Below are positions 38,051-51,089 of a stretch of 64,000 nt of DNA, piece after piece (position 1 is the first letter of the stretch; the number at the start of each line of letters is the position of its first letter). The DNA comes from Mobula hypostoma (Eukaryota), in contig NC_086097.1 of assembly GCF_963921235.1 (NCBI RefSeq), positions 30,630,001 to 30,694,000 on the forward strand, given 5' to 3'. The notes under the pieces are model-generated. The model had not been told where the DNA came from. It was given only the letters and a program-made list of their open reading frames with translations, and did not search any database. Position numbers and translations under genes: made by a program.

Positions 38051-40678
38051 CCCAGCCTCCCCCCTCCCCCCTCTGATCCCAGCTCTCATCCGTGCCGGGT
38101 CTTTACCATCCCTTCCGACCTTCAACTGTCGGAGGCAGAACGCTCTGTTCTCAGTAAGGGCCTCACGTTTGTCCCCCTTCGCCCACACCTCAGCGAGTTC
38201 CGTGTTCGCCATGATGCGGAACTTTTCTTCCGCCGTCTCCGTCTCCGAGCCTACTTCTTCGGCAAGGACTCTTCCACCCCCACCGATGACCCCTTCTCCC
38301 GTCTTCATCCCTCCTCTTCTTCATGGACACCCCGCTCTGGTCTTCTGCCTGCTCTGGATCTCTTTATTGCCAACTGCCGACGGGACATCAACCGTCTCGA
38401 CTTCACCGCACCTTGTCCCCATTCCAACCTCACTCCTTCGGAACGCTCTGCTCTCCACTCCCTCCGCACTAATCCTAACATTATTATTAAACCCGCTGAT
38501 AAGGGGGGTGCTGTTGTAGTCTGGCGTACTGACCTCTACCTTGCCGAGGCACAGCGACAACTCGCGGATACCTCCTCTTATTTACCCCTCGATCGTGACC
38601 CCACTAAGGAGCACCAGGCCATTGTCTCCCACACTATCAACGACTTTATCCGCTCAGGGGATCTCCCATCCACTGCTACCAACCTTATAGTTCCCACACC
38701 CCGCACTTCCCGTTTCTACCTCCTACCCAAGATCCACAAACCTGCCTGTCCTGGCCGACCTATTGTCTCAGCTTGCTCCTGCCCCACCGAACTCGTTTCT
38801 GCATACCTCGACACTGTTTTATCACCCCTTGTTCAATCCCTTCCGACCTATGTTCGTGACACTTCTCACGCTCTTAAACTTTTCGATGATTTTAAGTTCC
38901 CTGGCCCCCACCGCTTTATTTTCACCTTGGATGTCCAGTCCCTATATACTTCCATCCCCCATCAGGAAGGTCTCAAAGCTCTACGCTTCTTTTTGGATTC
39001 CAGACCTAATCAGTTCCCCTCTACCACCACTCTGCTCCGTCTAGCAGAATTAGTCCTTACTCTTAATAATTTCTCCTTTTGCTCCTCCCATTTCCTCCAA
39101 ACTAAAGGTGTAGCTATGGGCACCCGTATGGGTCCTAGCTATGCCTGCCTTTTTGTTGGGTTTGTGGAACAATCTATGTTCCGTGCCTATTCTGGTATCT
39201 GTCTCCCACTTTTCCTTCGCTACATCGACGACTGCATTGGCGCTGCTTCCTGCACGCATGCAGAACTCGTTGACTTTATTAACTTTGCCTCCAACTTTCA
39301 CCCTGCCCTCAAGTTTACCTGGTCCATTTCTGACACCTCCCTCCCCTTTCTAGATCTTTCTGTCTCTGTCTCTGGAGACAGCTTATCCACTGATGTCTAC
39401 TATAAGCCTACTGACTCTCACAATTATCTGGACTATTCCTCTTCTCACCCTGTCTCTTGCAAAAACGCCATCCCCTTCTCGCAATTCCTCCGTCTCCGCC
39501 GCATCTGCTCTCAGGATGAGGCTTTTCATTCTAGGACGAGGGAGATGTCTTCATTTTTTCAAAGAAAGGGGCTTCCCTTCCTCCACTATCAACTCTGCTC
39601 TTAAACGCATCTCCCCCATTTTACGTACATCTGCTCTCACTCCATCCTCCCACCACCCCACTAGGAATAGGGTTCCCCTGGTCCTCACCTACCACCCCAC
39701 CAGCCTCCGGGTCCAACATATTATTCTCCGTAACTTCCGCCACCTCCAACGGGATCCCACCACTAAGCATATCTTTCCCTCCCCCCCCTCTCTGCATTCC
39801 GCAGGGATCGCTCCCTACACAACTCCCTTGTCCATTCGTCCCCCCCATCCCTCCCCACTGATCTCCCTCCTGGCACTTATCCGTGTAAGCGGAACAAGGT
39901 GCTACACATGCCCTTACACTTCCTCCCTTACCACCATTCAGGGCCCCAAACAGTCCTTCCAGGTGAGGCATCACTTCACCTGTGAGTCGACTGGGGTGAT
40001 ATACTGCGTCCGGTGCTCCCGATGTGGCCTTTTATATATTGGTGAGACCCGACGCAGACTGGGAGACCGCTTTGCTGAACATCTACGCTCTGTCCGCCAG
40101 AGAAAGCAGGATCTCCCAGTGGCCACACATTTTAATTCCACATCCCATTCCCATTCTGACATGTCTATCCACGGCCTCCTCTACTGTAAAGATGAAGCCA
40201 CACTCAGGTTGGAGGAACAACACCTTATATTCCGTATGGGTAGCCTCCAACCTGATGGCATGAACATTGACTTCTCTAACTTCCGCTAGGCCCCACCTCC
40301 CCCTCGTACCCCATCTGTTACTCTTTTTAATGCACACATTCTTTCTCTCACTCTCCTTTTTCTCCCTCTGTCCCTCTGAATATACCTCTTGCCCATCCTC
40401 TGGGTCACCCCCCCCCCCGTCTTTCTTCCCGGACCTCCTGTCCCATGATCCTCTCGTATCCCCTTCTGCCTATCACCTGTCCAGCTCTCGGCTCCATCCC
40501 TCCCCCTCCTGTCTTCTCCTATCATTTTGCATCTCCCCCTCCCCCTCCAGCTTTCAAATCCCTTACTCACTCTTCCTTCAGTTAGTCCTGACGAAGGGTC
40601 TCGGCCTGAAACGTCGACTGCGCTTCTTCCTATAGATGCTGCCTGGCCTGCTGCGTTCACCAGCAACTTTGATGTATG
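38051..40678 (+). mobile_element. Young 5'-truncated Penelope-like retroelement (Neptune-like): RT + GIY-YIG endonuclease + 3' UTR with hammerhead motif
   Basis: ORF 37988-39604 has PLE RT motifs (IIKPADKGGAVVV, FYLLPKIHK, GVAMGT, FLRYIDD). ORF 39393-40289 has a Cys linker (CYTC) and VIYC..C..C..LYIGET..RLGDRFAEH. 9-bp direct repeat TTACTGTTT at 38042-38050 and 40679-40687. Three frameshifts. Confidence 0.93.
40584..40619 (+). ncRNA. Minimal type I hammerhead ribozyme motif (PLE type)
   Basis: AGTC-CTGACGA-AGG(GTCTCGG)CCT-GAA-ACGT-C-GACT: stem I AGTC/GACT, core CUGANGA and GAAA, loopless palindromic stem III ACGU, GUC cleavage triplet. Confidence 0.8.
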
Positions 40679-40799
40679 TTACTGTTTTGCTTTCAATGTA
40701 TGCGCTTCCCCTCCCTCCCTTTTCCACAGCAGAAGCACAGATGTTCAAGGAGCATTTCACATCCCATTAACTGGCAGATTTCAAGCTACCAATATGTAA

Positions 40800-41274
40800 A
40801 GTCAGTACCACAAGTCGACTATATTTCATAAAAAGTTTAAGGAGATTTGGTATGCCACCAAAGATTGGGCAAATTCCTACAGATAAACAGTGGCGAGCAT
40901 TCTGACTGATTGCATCACTGCCTGGCAGGGGACCTCCAATACACAAGATCAGAAACACTCCAGAGGTTTACAAACTCAACCAGCTCCATCATGGGTACTA
41001 GCCTCTCCACTATCACGGACATCTTCAAAAGGCTATGCCTAAGAAGATGGCATTCATCACTAAGGACCCCCACCACAGGACGTGCCCTCTTCTCATTGCT
41101 ACCAGAGAGATGGTACAGGAGTCTGAAGACACTCAATATTTTAGCAACTTCTTCCTCTCTACCATCAGATTTCTGATGGACCATCAACACCATCTCATGA
41201 TTTACTCTTTTTGCAGTACTGATTTTTATATTCTCATTGTAACTTATAATTTTATGATGTCAAATTTCATGACA
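40800..41274 (+). mobile_element. Rex1/Babar-type 3' fragment, host of nested DNA transposons
   Basis: RLYFIKSLRRFGMPP-like and ITKDPHHR..LFSLLP motifs. The tail resumes at ~43274 (TAATAAACCTGATTCTGA). Confidence 0.72.
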
Positions 41275-41276
41275 TA

Positions 41277-42841
41277 CAGTACAGGTTTTCCTCGCCATCC
41301 GAAGGTAGAGCATTCCTATGAAATGGTTCGTAAGCCGAAATGTCGTAAAGCGAAGAAGCAATTACCATTTACTTATATGGGAAAATTTTGTGAGCGTTCG
41401 CAGACCCAAAAATAACCTACCAAATCATGCCAAATAACACATAAAACCTAAAATAACAGTAACATATAGTAAAAGCCGGAATAATATGATAAATACACAG
41501 CCTATATAAAGTAGAAATACTTTTCCACAATCATTGCCGGCACTGTTCGCCAAAGCGAAAATCTCACGCAAGCGCTGTTGGCAAAAACACTCTCCAGTAA
41601 CCTTAAGTTATGAAGCTGCCAAATCATACCAAATAACACGTAAAAATACACAGCCTATATAAAGTAGAAATAATGTATGCACAGTGTAGTATCACTTACC
41701 GGAATCAGGAAGACAGCGCAGAGCACACTGATGATGGTGTGTTAGACTGAGTCGTTGCAAGTTGGGTTGGTGCAGTGGCCCCCACCCTCCAGGCTGCCGA
41801 CCGATACATTGCTGTGAAGCACGCAGGGGTCCAGCAGTAGCCAGAAGGCACACAGCATATCTTTAAGAAAAAAGCTGAAATAAACATGCTAATTAATTAG
41901 GATTAATAAAAGCTGTTTATTTCGGCTTTTTTCTTAAAGATGTGCTGTGTGCCACCCGGCTACCGCTGCATGCTTCGCAGCAATGTATCGGTCGGCAGCC
42001 TGGGTGTTGGGGTGGTGGGACACTGGGGTGTCATCTCATCATCGTCTGTTTCCATCAGAGCAGGTGGCTCATCTTCTCCTATGACTGCCCACCTCGATAT
42101 CGAAGGGCGAGGTTCGTCATCTGCTGTGGCTGATGTGGAAGTCTTGCCTGACTGCTGAGCCTCGCGCATTTTTCTATCATACAGTTCTTTGTAAGCACTC
42201 AAACTATCGTGCAAATATCCCCTAAACCTACGTACCCTTTCAAAATTAAAGTCGTACTTTATCATTGCAGCGAAAATCTCATACAGTTGCTTCACGTTCA
42301 TTTCGCTACCGCATTCGGTTTCGATTGTTATCCTTTCCTCTTCCAATTGTATCAGCTCTTCATGTATCAGCTCTTCATCTATCAGTTCTTGGTCATGGGA
42401 TGCCAAAACCTCTTCAACATCATCTTCGTCAGCTTCCACAAGCCAAACTCACTTAGTCCTTACTTCGTTCACCACGATCAAAACGCTTAATTATGTCTAG
42501 TTTTACACTAAGTGTAACACCCTTATGAGCTCTTTCAGGCATTTCCAATACCTCAGAACTCATCTTGCAAACGGCTGCTCACAGGCACGTGTTTAAGCAA
42601 TGCTGGCGAGAATGCAGTTCCGAATCCGGGGGAGAGCCGCTGCTCGGGCTTTTTATCGCGCACTGATTTTTTTTCGTAACAGTGAAAACACCTTCTGAAA
42701 GCGAAAACAGGGTACTAATGTGGGTCTTTCATAACAGTGAGGTTTCGTAAAGCGAACGTTCAAAAACCGGGGGACACCTGTACTGTGTAAAAGTCTTAGG
42801 CACATATATAGAGTTAGGGTGCCTAATATTTTTGAATACTG
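41277..42841. mobile_element. Tc1/mariner-type MITE (~65 bp) split by the Tigger insertion
   Basis: TA-CAGTA|Tigger|CTGTGTAAAAGTCTTAGGCAC...GTGCCTAATATTTTTGAATACTG-TA reconstitutes the same MITE as 43203-43269. Confidence 0.75.
41282..42780 (-). mobile_element. Tigger/pogo-like DNA transposon, internally deleted
   Basis: TA on both sides (41280-41281, 42781-42782), imperfect TIRs CAGGTTTTCCTCG / CAGGTGTCCCCCG. ORF 41960-42439 (DDVEEVLASHDQELIDEEL..FER..YKELYDRK) resembles the Tigger1/TIGD transposase C-terminus. Confidence 0.82.
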
Positions 42842-43202
42842 TAACTTTATGTATTGTACTATAATTCTGCCACAAAAAACAACAAATTTCATGACCGGAC
42901 TCTGTCAAGGACAGAGTGGGAAGGGGGACAGGGAGAGGATGGATCATGGAGGAGGGGGGAAAAAAAAACGGGAAGCACCAGGGAGACATTCTGTAATGAT
43001 CAATAAAACAATTGTTTGGAATCAAATGAACTTGCCTGATACCTCAGGGCTGAGTGTATCTGCACCCACAACACCCCCCACTCGTAGCACTTCTCTGCTA
43101 CCTGTCCCATACCCCTCCCGCAGCACTCCACCCTCGCCATTCCCAACGTCTTCTGCTCCTGCCAGATTTACAAACTTGCTCTCTGCTCCATATTGATAAA
43201 TA

Positions 43203-43269
43203 CAGTACTGTGCAAAAGTCTTGGGTACCCTAGCTACATATATGTGCCCAAGACTTTTGCACTGTGTTG
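43203..43269. mobile_element. 67-bp Tc1/mariner-type MITE
   Basis: TIRs CAGTACTGTGCAAAAGTCTTGGG / CCCAAGACTTTTGCACTGTGTTG, flanked by TA. Confidence 0.8.
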
Positions 43270-43393
43270 TACGGTAATAAACCTGATTCTGAGTTTGAGT
43301 GCCTAAAATATTCCTTTCAAGATCAATATTAAATAATTTAATACACAGTAATAAAAGCTGAAAGATATATATTAAAAATATACACATTTTATT

Positions 43394-46300
43394 TATATAC
43401 ACACACACAATATATATATATATATATACACACACACTCTATATATACACACACTATATATACACACACACACACTCTATATATACACACACTATATATA
43501 CACACACACATTATATATATACACACACTATATATATACACACGCACACACACTATACACGCGCACACACTATACACGCGCACACACTATACACGCGCAC
43601 ACACACTATATATATACACACACTATATATATATACGCACACACACTATATATATACGCACACACACTATATATACGCACGCACACACAATATATATATA
43701 CACGCACGCACACACAATATATATATATACACGCACGCACACACAATATACACACACACAATATATACACACACACTATATACACACACACTATATACAC
43801 ACACACTATATACACACACACACTATATACACACACACACTATATATACACACACAATATACATATACACACAATATATATACACACACAATATATATAT
43901 ACACACACAATATATATATACACACACAATATATATATACACACACAATGTATATATATACACACACACAATGTATATATATACACACTATATATATACA
44001 CACACTATATATATACACACACTATATATACACACTATATATACACACTATATATACACACATACACACACTATATATACACACACACACAATATATACA
44101 TACACACACACACAATATATACATACACACACACACAATATATATATATATACACACACACTATATATATATATATACACACACACTATATATATATATA
44201 TACACACACACTATATATATACACACACAATATATACACACACACACAATATATACACACACACACAATATATACACACACACAATATATACACACACAC
44301 AATATATATATATACACACACTATATATATATACACACACAATATATATACACACACACACACAATATATACACACACACACACACAATATATACACACA
44401 CACACACACAATATATACACACACACACAATATATATATACACACACACATATATATACACACACACAATATATATATATATATACACACACACTATATA
44501 TATACACACACACACAATATATATATACACACACAATATATATATACACACACACACAATATATATACACACACTATATATACACACTATATATATACAC
44601 ACACTATATATATACACACACTATATATATACACACAATATATATACACACACAATATATATACACACACACTATATATATACACACACACTATATATAT
44701 ATACACACACTATATATATATATATACACACACACTATATATATATATACACACACAATATATATATATATACACACACACAATATATATATACACACAC
44801 ACAATATATATATACACACACACACACAATATATATACACACACACACAATATATATATATACACACACACACAATATATATATACACACACACACACAA
44901 TATATATATATACACACACAATATATATATATACACACACACACACAATATATATATACACACACAATATATATATACACACACACACACAATATATATA
45001 TATACACACACTATATATATATATACACACACACACAATATATATATATACACACAATATATATATATACACACACACATATATATATATACACACACAC
45101 AATATATATATATACACACACACACACAATATATATATATACACACACACACACAATATATATACACACACACACAAATATATATACACACACACACAAA
45201 TATATATATATACACACACACACACAATATATATATATATACACACACACACATATATATATATATACACACACACACAATATATATATACACACACACA
45301 CACAATATATATATATACACACTATATATATACACACACACACTATATATATACACACACACACAATATATATATACACACACACACAATATATATATAT
45401 ACACACACACAATATATATATATACACACACACAATATATATATATATACACACACACACAATATATATATATACACACACACACAATATATATATACAC
45501 ACACACACAATATATATACACACACACAATATATGTATATACACACACAATATATATATATATATATACACACACAATATATATATACACACACACAATA
45601 TATATATATACACACACACAATATATATATACACACACACACACAATATATATATACACACACACACACAATATATATATATACACACACACAATATATA
45701 TATATACACACACACACACTATATATATATATACACACACACACTATATATATATACACACACAATATATATATATACACACACACTATATATATATATA
45801 CACACACTATATATATACACACACAATATATATACACACACACACAATATATATACACACACACAATATATATATATACACACACACAATATATATATAT
45901 ACACACACAATATATATACACACACACACTATATATATACACACACTATATATACACACTATATATACACACTATATATATATACACACACACAATATAT
46001 ATACACACACACACACACAATATATATACACACACACACTATATATATATATACACACACAATATATATATACACACACAATATATATATATATACACAC
46101 ACACTATATATATACACACACACACTATATATATATACACACACACACTATATATATATACACACACACACAATATATATATATACACACACACAATATA
46201 TATATATATACACACACACAATATATATATACACACACAATATATATACACACACACACAATATATATATACACACACACACAATATATATATACACACA

Positions 46301-47729
46301 CACTATATATATACACACACACACACTATATATATACACACACAATATATATATATACACACACAATATATATATACACACACACAATATATATATACAC
46401 ACACACTATATATATACACACACACACAATATATATATATACACACACACTATATATATATACACACACACACACTATATATATATATACACACACACTA
46501 TATATATACACACACACAATATATATATATACACACACACACAATATATATATATACACACACACAATATATATATATATACACACACACAATATATATA
46601 TACACACACACACAATATATATATACACACACATATATATATATACACACACACAATATATATATATATACACACACACACAATATATATATACACACAC
46701 ACAATATATATATATACACACACACACAATATATATATATACACACACACACACAATATATATATACACACACAATATATATATACATACACACTATATA
46801 TATATACACACACACACAATATATATACACACACACACAATATATATATACACACACACAATATATATATATACACACACACAATATATATATATATACA
46901 CACACACACAATATATATATACACACACACAATATATATATATACACACACACACAATATATATATATACACACACACAATATATATATACACACACACA
47001 ATATATATACACACACACACAATATATATACACACACACACTATATATATATATACACACACAATATATATATATATATACACACAATATATATATACAC
47101 ACACACACAATATATATATATACACACACACACAATATATATATACACACACACAATATATATATACACACACTATATATATACACACACACACTATATA
47201 TATATACACACACACACTATATATATACACACACACACTATATATATATACACACACAATATATATATATACACACACACAATATATATATACACACACA
47301 CACAATATATATATATACACACACACACAATATATATATATACACACACACAATATATATATATACACACACACTATATATATATACACACACACTATAT
47401 ATATACACACACACACAATATATATATACACACACAATATATATATATACACACACACACAATATATATATATACACACACACACAATATATATATATAC
47501 ACACACACAATATATATATATACACACACACAATATATATATATACACACACACAATATATATATATACACACACACAATATATATATACACACACAATA
47601 TATATATATATACACACTATATATATATACACACACACAATATATATACACACACTATATATATACACACACACACAATATATATATATATACACACACA
47701 CAATATATATATATATACACACACACACA

Positions 47730-47760
<31 letters not shown>

Positions 47761-48235
47761 ATATATATACACACACACACACTATATATATACACACACA
47801 CTATATATATACACACACACACAATATATGTATATACACACACAATATATATATATATATACACACACACAATATATATATATATATACACAATATATAT
47901 ATATATACACACACAATATATATATACACACACACACACACAATATATATATATACACACACACACACAATATATATATATACACACACACACACTATAT
48001 ATATATACACACACACACTATATATATATACACACACACAATATATATATATACACACACACTATATATATACACACACTATATATATACACACACAATA
48101 TATACACACACACAATATATATACACACACACACAATATATATATATACACACACACAATATATATATATACACACACAACATATATATATATATATATA
48201 CACACACACTATATATATATATACACACACACACA

Positions 48236-48266
<31 letters not shown>

Positions 48267-48295
48267 ATATATATATATATACACACACACACACA

Positions 48296-48334
<39 letters not shown>

Positions 48335-48379
48335 ATATATATATATATATATATACATACACACACACACACACACACA
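43394..48379. repeat. ~5-kb compound (TA)n(CA)m micro/minisatellite
   Basis: Units of about 15-30 bp, (TA)n(CA)m, each joined by a single A or C. CGCA variants only at ~43540-43740. Confidence 0.98.
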
Positions 48380-51089
48380 GTTCCCATCAGCACACTTCCC
48401 ACAGAGTACAAATTCTACAAATTACAGCCTGGATCCATCACTGGACAGAGAAGTGAATCACTGCAACCATGAAAAATGAGCAGATGTCCCTGGGCAAGAA
48501 TTGCAGAACATTACGTGCTAAAGGTACAGAGATAGGGAGACAAAGAGACAATGGCAGATGCAAAGCAGGCCCTCCCTGAATTTCCCTTTTATGGTCTGGA
48601 TGTCACCTTTAAATGGGACTTGAGCATACAAAATTAATGATCGAGTTTTTCCCCCTGAACATAAACATTCCAGTCCTCTGCTGGTTTAGTTAAACATTTT
48701 GCTTCTGAGCGAGGAGATCTCCAACCACCTGTTGAGAATCGCTCATTGACGTTTGTGCTATTAAGTTGCAGGGTTTTGAATTATTTCCATCTCTCCATTG
48801 CTGCATACTGCAACACGCAACAGGTGACTCGGCATTGCTTTCATTGAACGCTAGCAATCCTGAACAGCTTTTTTCCTTTACAACTGTCATGTTTCCATTC
48901 ACAGGCAACTCACACTGGGATCATGGTCATGCCTGCAGCAGTCGGCCTCCAGGACCTCAAGCTCCAGAAGGGCACAAAGATTAAAGATTATTTTTATTTG
49001 TCACATGTACATTAAAACAGTGAACTGTGTCACTTGCATCAACGACCAACACAGTAAGAGAATGTACTGCAAGAAGCCCAGCAGTGTCACCATGCTTCCA
49101 ACACCAACGTAGCATGCCCACAACTACCAACCTGTACATCTTTGAAATGTGGGAGGAAAGCAGAGCACCCAGATGAAACCCACATGGTCACAAGGAGAAC
49201 GTACAAACTCCTTACAGACAACAGTGAAAATTGAAGCCCGATCCCTGGTGCTGAGAAGTGTTATGCTAACCACTACACTACTGTGCTGCCCAGAAAGCAA
49301 GCAACTTTTAGCCATTTAACCCAGTAAGAGCCTAATACTACTTGTACCTGATCTACAAGCACCTAAGCAGATTGTGAATAGGTGCAAGTCTCCCAAACAA
49401 CACTTCTCTTCCAACCTAAAGGTGAGGCCAATTATCAAAGTTTATTTAAAAATATTCATTTCGACAACACCTTCCTCAATCAAAGGACATCGAAAAGCAT
49501 TGACAGCCAATCACCTTTACATTCTCATTCATTTCAAGTTCCTCCTTGCCCTCCCTCTTATTTTCTCATAAGCATCCAACTTCCTCTAATTTTGTCCTTC
49601 AACATTCCCAAACTTAAACTGCACTAATGGCTGCACCTTCAGCTGCCAGAAACGTTAGCTCCAGAAATTCCTCAAAACACCTCCCACTCACCCTTTCCTT
49701 TAAAATCCTGCTTAAAGTGCAACTCTCAAAAGGAACATTGCAATCCTTTTACCCTAGTATATTCATAAGTAGATCCATTTTTTTTATTTATAACACTCTT
49801 GAACAGTTTTTGCCATGTTATTATTCATGATATACAACAGTGATAATAAACCAGATTCTGATATTTTATTTATTTTAGATATACAGCACAGTGCCAGGTC
49901 CAACAAGCCCATGCCACCCAATTACACCCATGTGACAAACTAACCTACTAGCACATACATTTTTGCAAGGTGGGAGAAAACCAGAAGACCCAGGGAAAAT
50001 CCACACAGTGATGATGAGAATGTACAAATTCCTACAGACAGCACAAGAATTGAACCCAGGTCGCTGGCCCTGTGGTAGCGTTACCTAACCACTATGCTAC
50101 CGTACCACTCCAAAGCATTATGATGCCTTCAAGCCAAGATCAACTTAGTCAGCTGAGTCGTGGAGTTAGACAACAGGAAACAGGCTCCTTGGTCCAACTA
50201 GGTCCATGCCAAACAAGACACCAGTCTAAACTTGTTCCATATGCCTGTATTTGACCCTTAAGCCAGCTTTGACCCATAACCCAACCTTCCTGTTTAAAAT
50301 GACTTATCATTAACCAAGGGGTCCATGAACCCCAGGTGGGAAATCCCTGCTCAAAACCTTTCCTATGTACCTGCCCAAGTGCCTTCTAAACATTGTTAAT
50401 ACACCTGTCTCAACCATTTCCACTGGCAGCTCACTCATACAAAAAGCTGCACCTCAGGTCACTATTAAATTTCTTCACTTTGACCTTAAACCTATGCCCT
50501 CTAGTTCTTTATTTCCCAGCCCAGGAAAAAAAAAGCCTCCGTGAATTCACCTTATTTATGGCCCTCAAGATTTTATACACCATAGAGATTGGTACCGTAA
50601 TTAAACCCAGAATTTCTTCTCTGTGCATTGACTTTATATGGATTAAAAGCCTTAAATGGCCCTGCTGCTCAATACCCAAATATTTCATTCGACCATTAAA
50701 CAACTGTTGGTTGCCCATCATACTGTCTGCTAAACTTGTCACATACCAAAGCTTCCACAGGGAATTAGCTCAATCCTTGCAGAAGCAGTTATCTGCCAAT
50801 ATCCATCGACTTATGCCACCTCCCTTCCTTACTCATTTGTTTTAGCAATTTTAAAAAATTCATACAAAAGATATATCACTCAAGCATTTTGTCTGTCAAG
50901 GTCAACACCAAAAGGTCCAAATCTCCAAATATATTAAGATTAGAGGGACACATGAACAATCCACTAAAGAAATTCTGCTCAGGCCCTTCAACCCAACCTG
51001 GCCATGTGTCTGATATCCCTGTATGCCCTGCTCCTAAATGTACAATTTACCAGAGCAATAAATTACTATTTAATAGAGAAACACTGAAG

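Noticed and set aside
43394..48379. CRISPR-like repeat-spacer array
   Set aside because: No unique spacers or constant repeat, eukaryotic context, no cas genes.
43948..48479. 1502-aa, 1502-aa and 979-aa ORFs and many minus-strand Cys/Val/Tyr/Ile ORFs
   Set aside because: Artefacts of the (TA)n(CA)m array, which almost never forms stop codons on the plus strand. No domain, splice signals or codon structure.
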